Source: Lepidodermella squamata
Taxonomy: Eukaryota; Animalia; Gastrotricha
Direction: 5' to 3'
Length of the DNA stretch: 64,000 nucleotides
Assembly: GCA_047495785.1 (NCBI GenBank)
Contig: JBLDXI010000007.1
Location: 4,591,881-4,655,880, forward strand
The notes beneath the pieces were generated by a model. It was not told the origin of the DNA. It searched no databases and saw nothing but the letters and a program-made list of their open reading frames with translations. Each line of letters starts with the position of its first letter. The stretch's first letter is position 1. A program made the translations under genes and the position numbers. Positions 61,050-64,000 of this stretch are shown in pieces.

Positions 61050-63179
61050 GCGGACAGGCCCCAACTGCAAAGAGTTCAATTGACCTTCGACCAGAGTTGC
61101 ACTTGTAAAAACAGTCTGTTAAAACTCACGTGTTTAAACACATGATTAAACAGTATAAAGTTTTGGTGCCATGTGAAAATGTATAAATATAGGCGCAGAA
61201 ACGTGGCAGATTTTGACCACTATAACAAGGAAAGTAAGGTGAAAGTTGAGCGAATTTCGTTATTTTGTAACGTTATTACATATCGAGACTTATACTATAT
61301 AATTCATGTACTTAGGTAGTGTATTAGATTACTTTTGGGTAATGGGATAAACACAGGGTGAACAAGGGTTCCCAACGTGCTTGAGCTTCATCAGCATCTA
61401 TTACTGAAACTAAGGTTACTGCAATCATGAAACAGTTATCGCCATTGAATTCCTGGTGAAAAGTTACCCTAGAAAGGTAATAGAGAAGGAGTAGCAGCAC
61501 TTTTGGGCAATTTTTTATTGCTGCAATAAAGCAATCTGGACCGGAATCTGGACCGGAATCTCGGAAGCGGCGATGGGTATGAAAATTCTGAAAAAGCCAT
61601 TTGATCCGGCGGTGTCCTTTTCATTTTCTTTGTTAACTTTCTTTGTTGGCAAGAGCTCAGCAGTCCATTGTTAATTCTCGACGAACCGTAAAATTGTTTC
61701 TTCGCAATCTCGCCTTTAGATACCGTTTGCCTCGCGGGTTTGCATCTTAGCTAAGAAACTGCTGCTAATCGTTTTCTTGTCACGTCAATAGGTAACTTTT
61801 GACGAGGAATTCAATGGTGATATCTGTTTTTCGATAGCAGTGAGTCCTGTGGTAAGAAAAGAAAAATATGGTGCTTGGCTAGCCGTCGAAATCTTAGCCT
61901 TAGTATTATTATTTATATGCAGGGTTTAAACATATATTTTTACATGTTTAAACAGTTTATACGTATAAACATGCATAAATTGACCGCGATCTGTGAATAG
62001 TGACGGGGGAACGTAAAGCGTTCCACCGTTAGTGTTTTACTTTTTGTTTGTCCTGGTGTCCGCACCCGTTTTGCGCACGCTGGCCAACGTCGCGCTCCAT
62101 CGTTAACTCGCGCAATAATATTGCGCGCACTTTTATTACCTAGCGATAGTTAAATTTGCCATCTAATTAAGCTTCTCATGAATTTGCCAATGCCCAAGTC
62201 GGAAATCAGCTGAAAATGCCATAGCTAATATATTAAAATTGAAATCCTGTGGCATATTCATAATTATAATGTTTTCGATCCTCATTAATTTTAAATTGGC
62301 GAATGATATAACATCAACTTGGTGATGAAAACTACTCCGTAGCCACGAGTCTATAGACTTTTGATGTAAAATTGTCAATCTTCTAAGTCTTCGAATTTTC
62401 AATTCATTATGCGTTATCTTATTTGCATATGTGACTGGGCCTAGGTGCAACCGGCGGCAACTCACTTCTGTTTTTCTACGACAACCTGTGTCCGCCTTGT
62501 AAAAATATATAAAAGCCGCGACTACCGAGCCCTAGTCAGAGGCTGAGTTATGATATTATATAGCGACTCGTATGTTCTAAGTTTCCGAGGACTCTATATT
62601 CTGGCCGTCCGGGGCTTCCGCTATACTGGGAGTGCGTGGGATAATCGACAAGTCCCGAGGACTTGAGAAAATCTCTATCTCTATAACATTAGATATCGCA
62701 GTCGGTCCAACTGCGAGTGAGTGCGATGACTCTCAGACTCTAAGCTTTAAGAGCTTTATGTGTGAGTACGATGACCCACGAGTGAGCACGATGAGCGAGA
62801 TAGAGCGGCCGTAGTCTCGCCATCTCTATGTACTAAATATATGGTGCAGAAAGAGTTTCTGTGTGGAAAATCCTCGGGACTTCACTAGACTTATAGCTCT
62901 AGTCGCTATAACTCGGTCGCTCATTAGGCCGCGGTAGTTCCGGCCGTGATGAGGTAGCGTTAGGTTGTCGCACGTGTGTGCCAGAATTCATGAAATATTG
63001 TAGCTTAGTGGAACCAGTGAATCCACAATTATCTGATTGGCCGGGTGGTATCAAGTCTGTGATTGGTTGGTTCAAAGAGCACGCGATACGCACCATTTAA
63101 TTTTTTCTGCGATTGCTTTTAATTCAGAAGTAATACCAGTAAGGAAATATAAGATTTAGCAGTACACTACTCAGTCTCA

Positions 63180-63252
63180 GCCCGGTTAGCTCAGTCGGTA
63201 GAGCATGGGACTCTTAATCCCAGGGTCGTGGGTTCGAGCCCCACATCGGGCG
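63180..63252 (+). tRNA. tRNA-Lys(CTT), mirror copy
   Basis: Reverse complement of 46937-47009; may be an artefactual duplicate. Confidence 0.85.
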
Positions 63253-63463
63253 GTTGTACATTTTTGGCCAATTCGTATGGTTCAGCTTTAAAATCGAGAA
63301 AAAAGCTAGATCCTTGGCACGGAATCGAACCATGGTCTCCCGTGAGCAGTTAATCGCAGTTTCCGGGGTTCGAGTCTCCCGAAGGGCGCCAGCTTTTCAA
63401 AAAATTACTGCTAGTTTTACGTTATTGTCTAGAATGCCTTTGTTAATATTGACTCAAATACAT

Positions 63464-63533
63464 GGGGCATTAGCTCAAATGGTAGAGCGGTTGCTTAACA
63501 TGCGAGAGGCAACGGGATCGGCACCCGTATCCA
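63464..63533 (+). pseudogene. Ala-body/AAC tRNA pseudogene, mirror copy
   Basis: Reverse complement of 46655-46724. Confidence 0.65.
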
Positions 63534-63607
63534 ACAAAACATTTTTTGCCACGAATCGTTTACTTCGGCAGCTTAAATTTGGGACTGAATGGCCATCTAA
63601 GCCAAAA

Positions 63608-63680
63608 GGCAAAGTAGCTTAGTGATAGAGTGTCTGCCCAGTTAGCATAAGATTGGAAGCGGTTCGATCCCCCTGAGCCT
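63608..63680 (+). pseudogene. Degenerate Ala-like tRNA, mirror copy
   Basis: Reverse complement of 46508-46580. Confidence 0.6.
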
Positions 63681-63741
63681 TGCTCGATTTTTTGCGATGA
63701 GCAGTATGATTTTTTCAAAAAACTCATTTCAAAGCAAAACT

Positions 63742-63813
63742 TTCCCTGACCGGGAATCGAACCCGGGCCGCCGCGGTGAAAGCGCGGAATCCTAACCACT
63801 AGACCATCAGGGA
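63742..63813 (-). tRNA. tRNA-Glu(TTC), mirror copy
   Basis: Reverse complement of 46375-46446. Confidence 0.85.
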
Positions 63814-63897
63814 GATATGAAATTTAATGCCTGGATTATGAGATAAATTTTCAATACCTTGTTGAAAGTTTAAATTCAAATGAAGAAAAAAACGAGT

Positions 63898-63969
63898 GGG
63901 CCCGTTCGGGAATTGAACCCGAGACCTCTCGCACCCAAAGCGAGAATCATACTCCTAGACCAACGGGCC
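63898..63969 (-). tRNA. tRNA-Pro(TGG), mirror copy
   Basis: Reverse complement of 46219-46290. Confidence 0.8.
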
Positions 63970-64000
63970 TGCGATTGAAAACCACTCTCACGAGATGTGT

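Larger units (their letters stand above)
46205..63983. repeat. Giant fold-back inverted duplication (palindrome)
   Basis: 55879-63983 is the reverse complement of about 46205-54310 (coordinates sum to about 110190), including private satellite SNPs. The only differences seen are 1-nt indels. Confidence 0.97.

Noticed and set aside
63993-64000. AGATGTGT matches the start of the Tn5 mosaic end
   Set aside because: Only 8 bp at the window edge; cannot be distinguished from chance without downstream sequence.

Overview
Eukaryotic window from an invertebrate animal (short GT-AG introns of about 50-65 bp, GC-rich exons). 1-6.4 kb: two tandem, atypical Cys-loop (pentameric ligand-gated) channel genes. 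Each has an extra N-terminal domain and a long Ser/Thr mucin-like stalk ahead of the ligand-binding domain. 7.6-13.7 kb: three intronless secreted pancreatic-lipase-family genes that lack the PLAT domain and carry a multibasic, furin-type site inside the lid. A pair of unknown 4-TM genes lies between them. 15-24 kb: several small secreted prepropeptide-like orphan genes and relics, MITEs, a 56-bp intronic tandem repeat and an RTE-like LINE. 24.5-41.7 kb: six tandem S1A trypsin-like proteases with a Cys-rich PAN/apple-like N-terminus and hypervariable loop insertions. 42-45 kb: an ankyrin-repeat gene and a LINE fragment. 45.9-47.2 kb: a tRNA gene/pseudogene cluster bracketed by inverted repeats. 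49.1-61.0 kb: about 69 copies of a highly structured 173-bp satellite whose monomer has a hammerhead-ribozyme-like layout (retrozyme-like; core non-canonical in most copies). 46.2-64.0 kb forms one giant fold-back palindrome that turns at about 55874; it may well be a chimeric-read or assembly artefact. All gene models were read by eye and no database searches were run.
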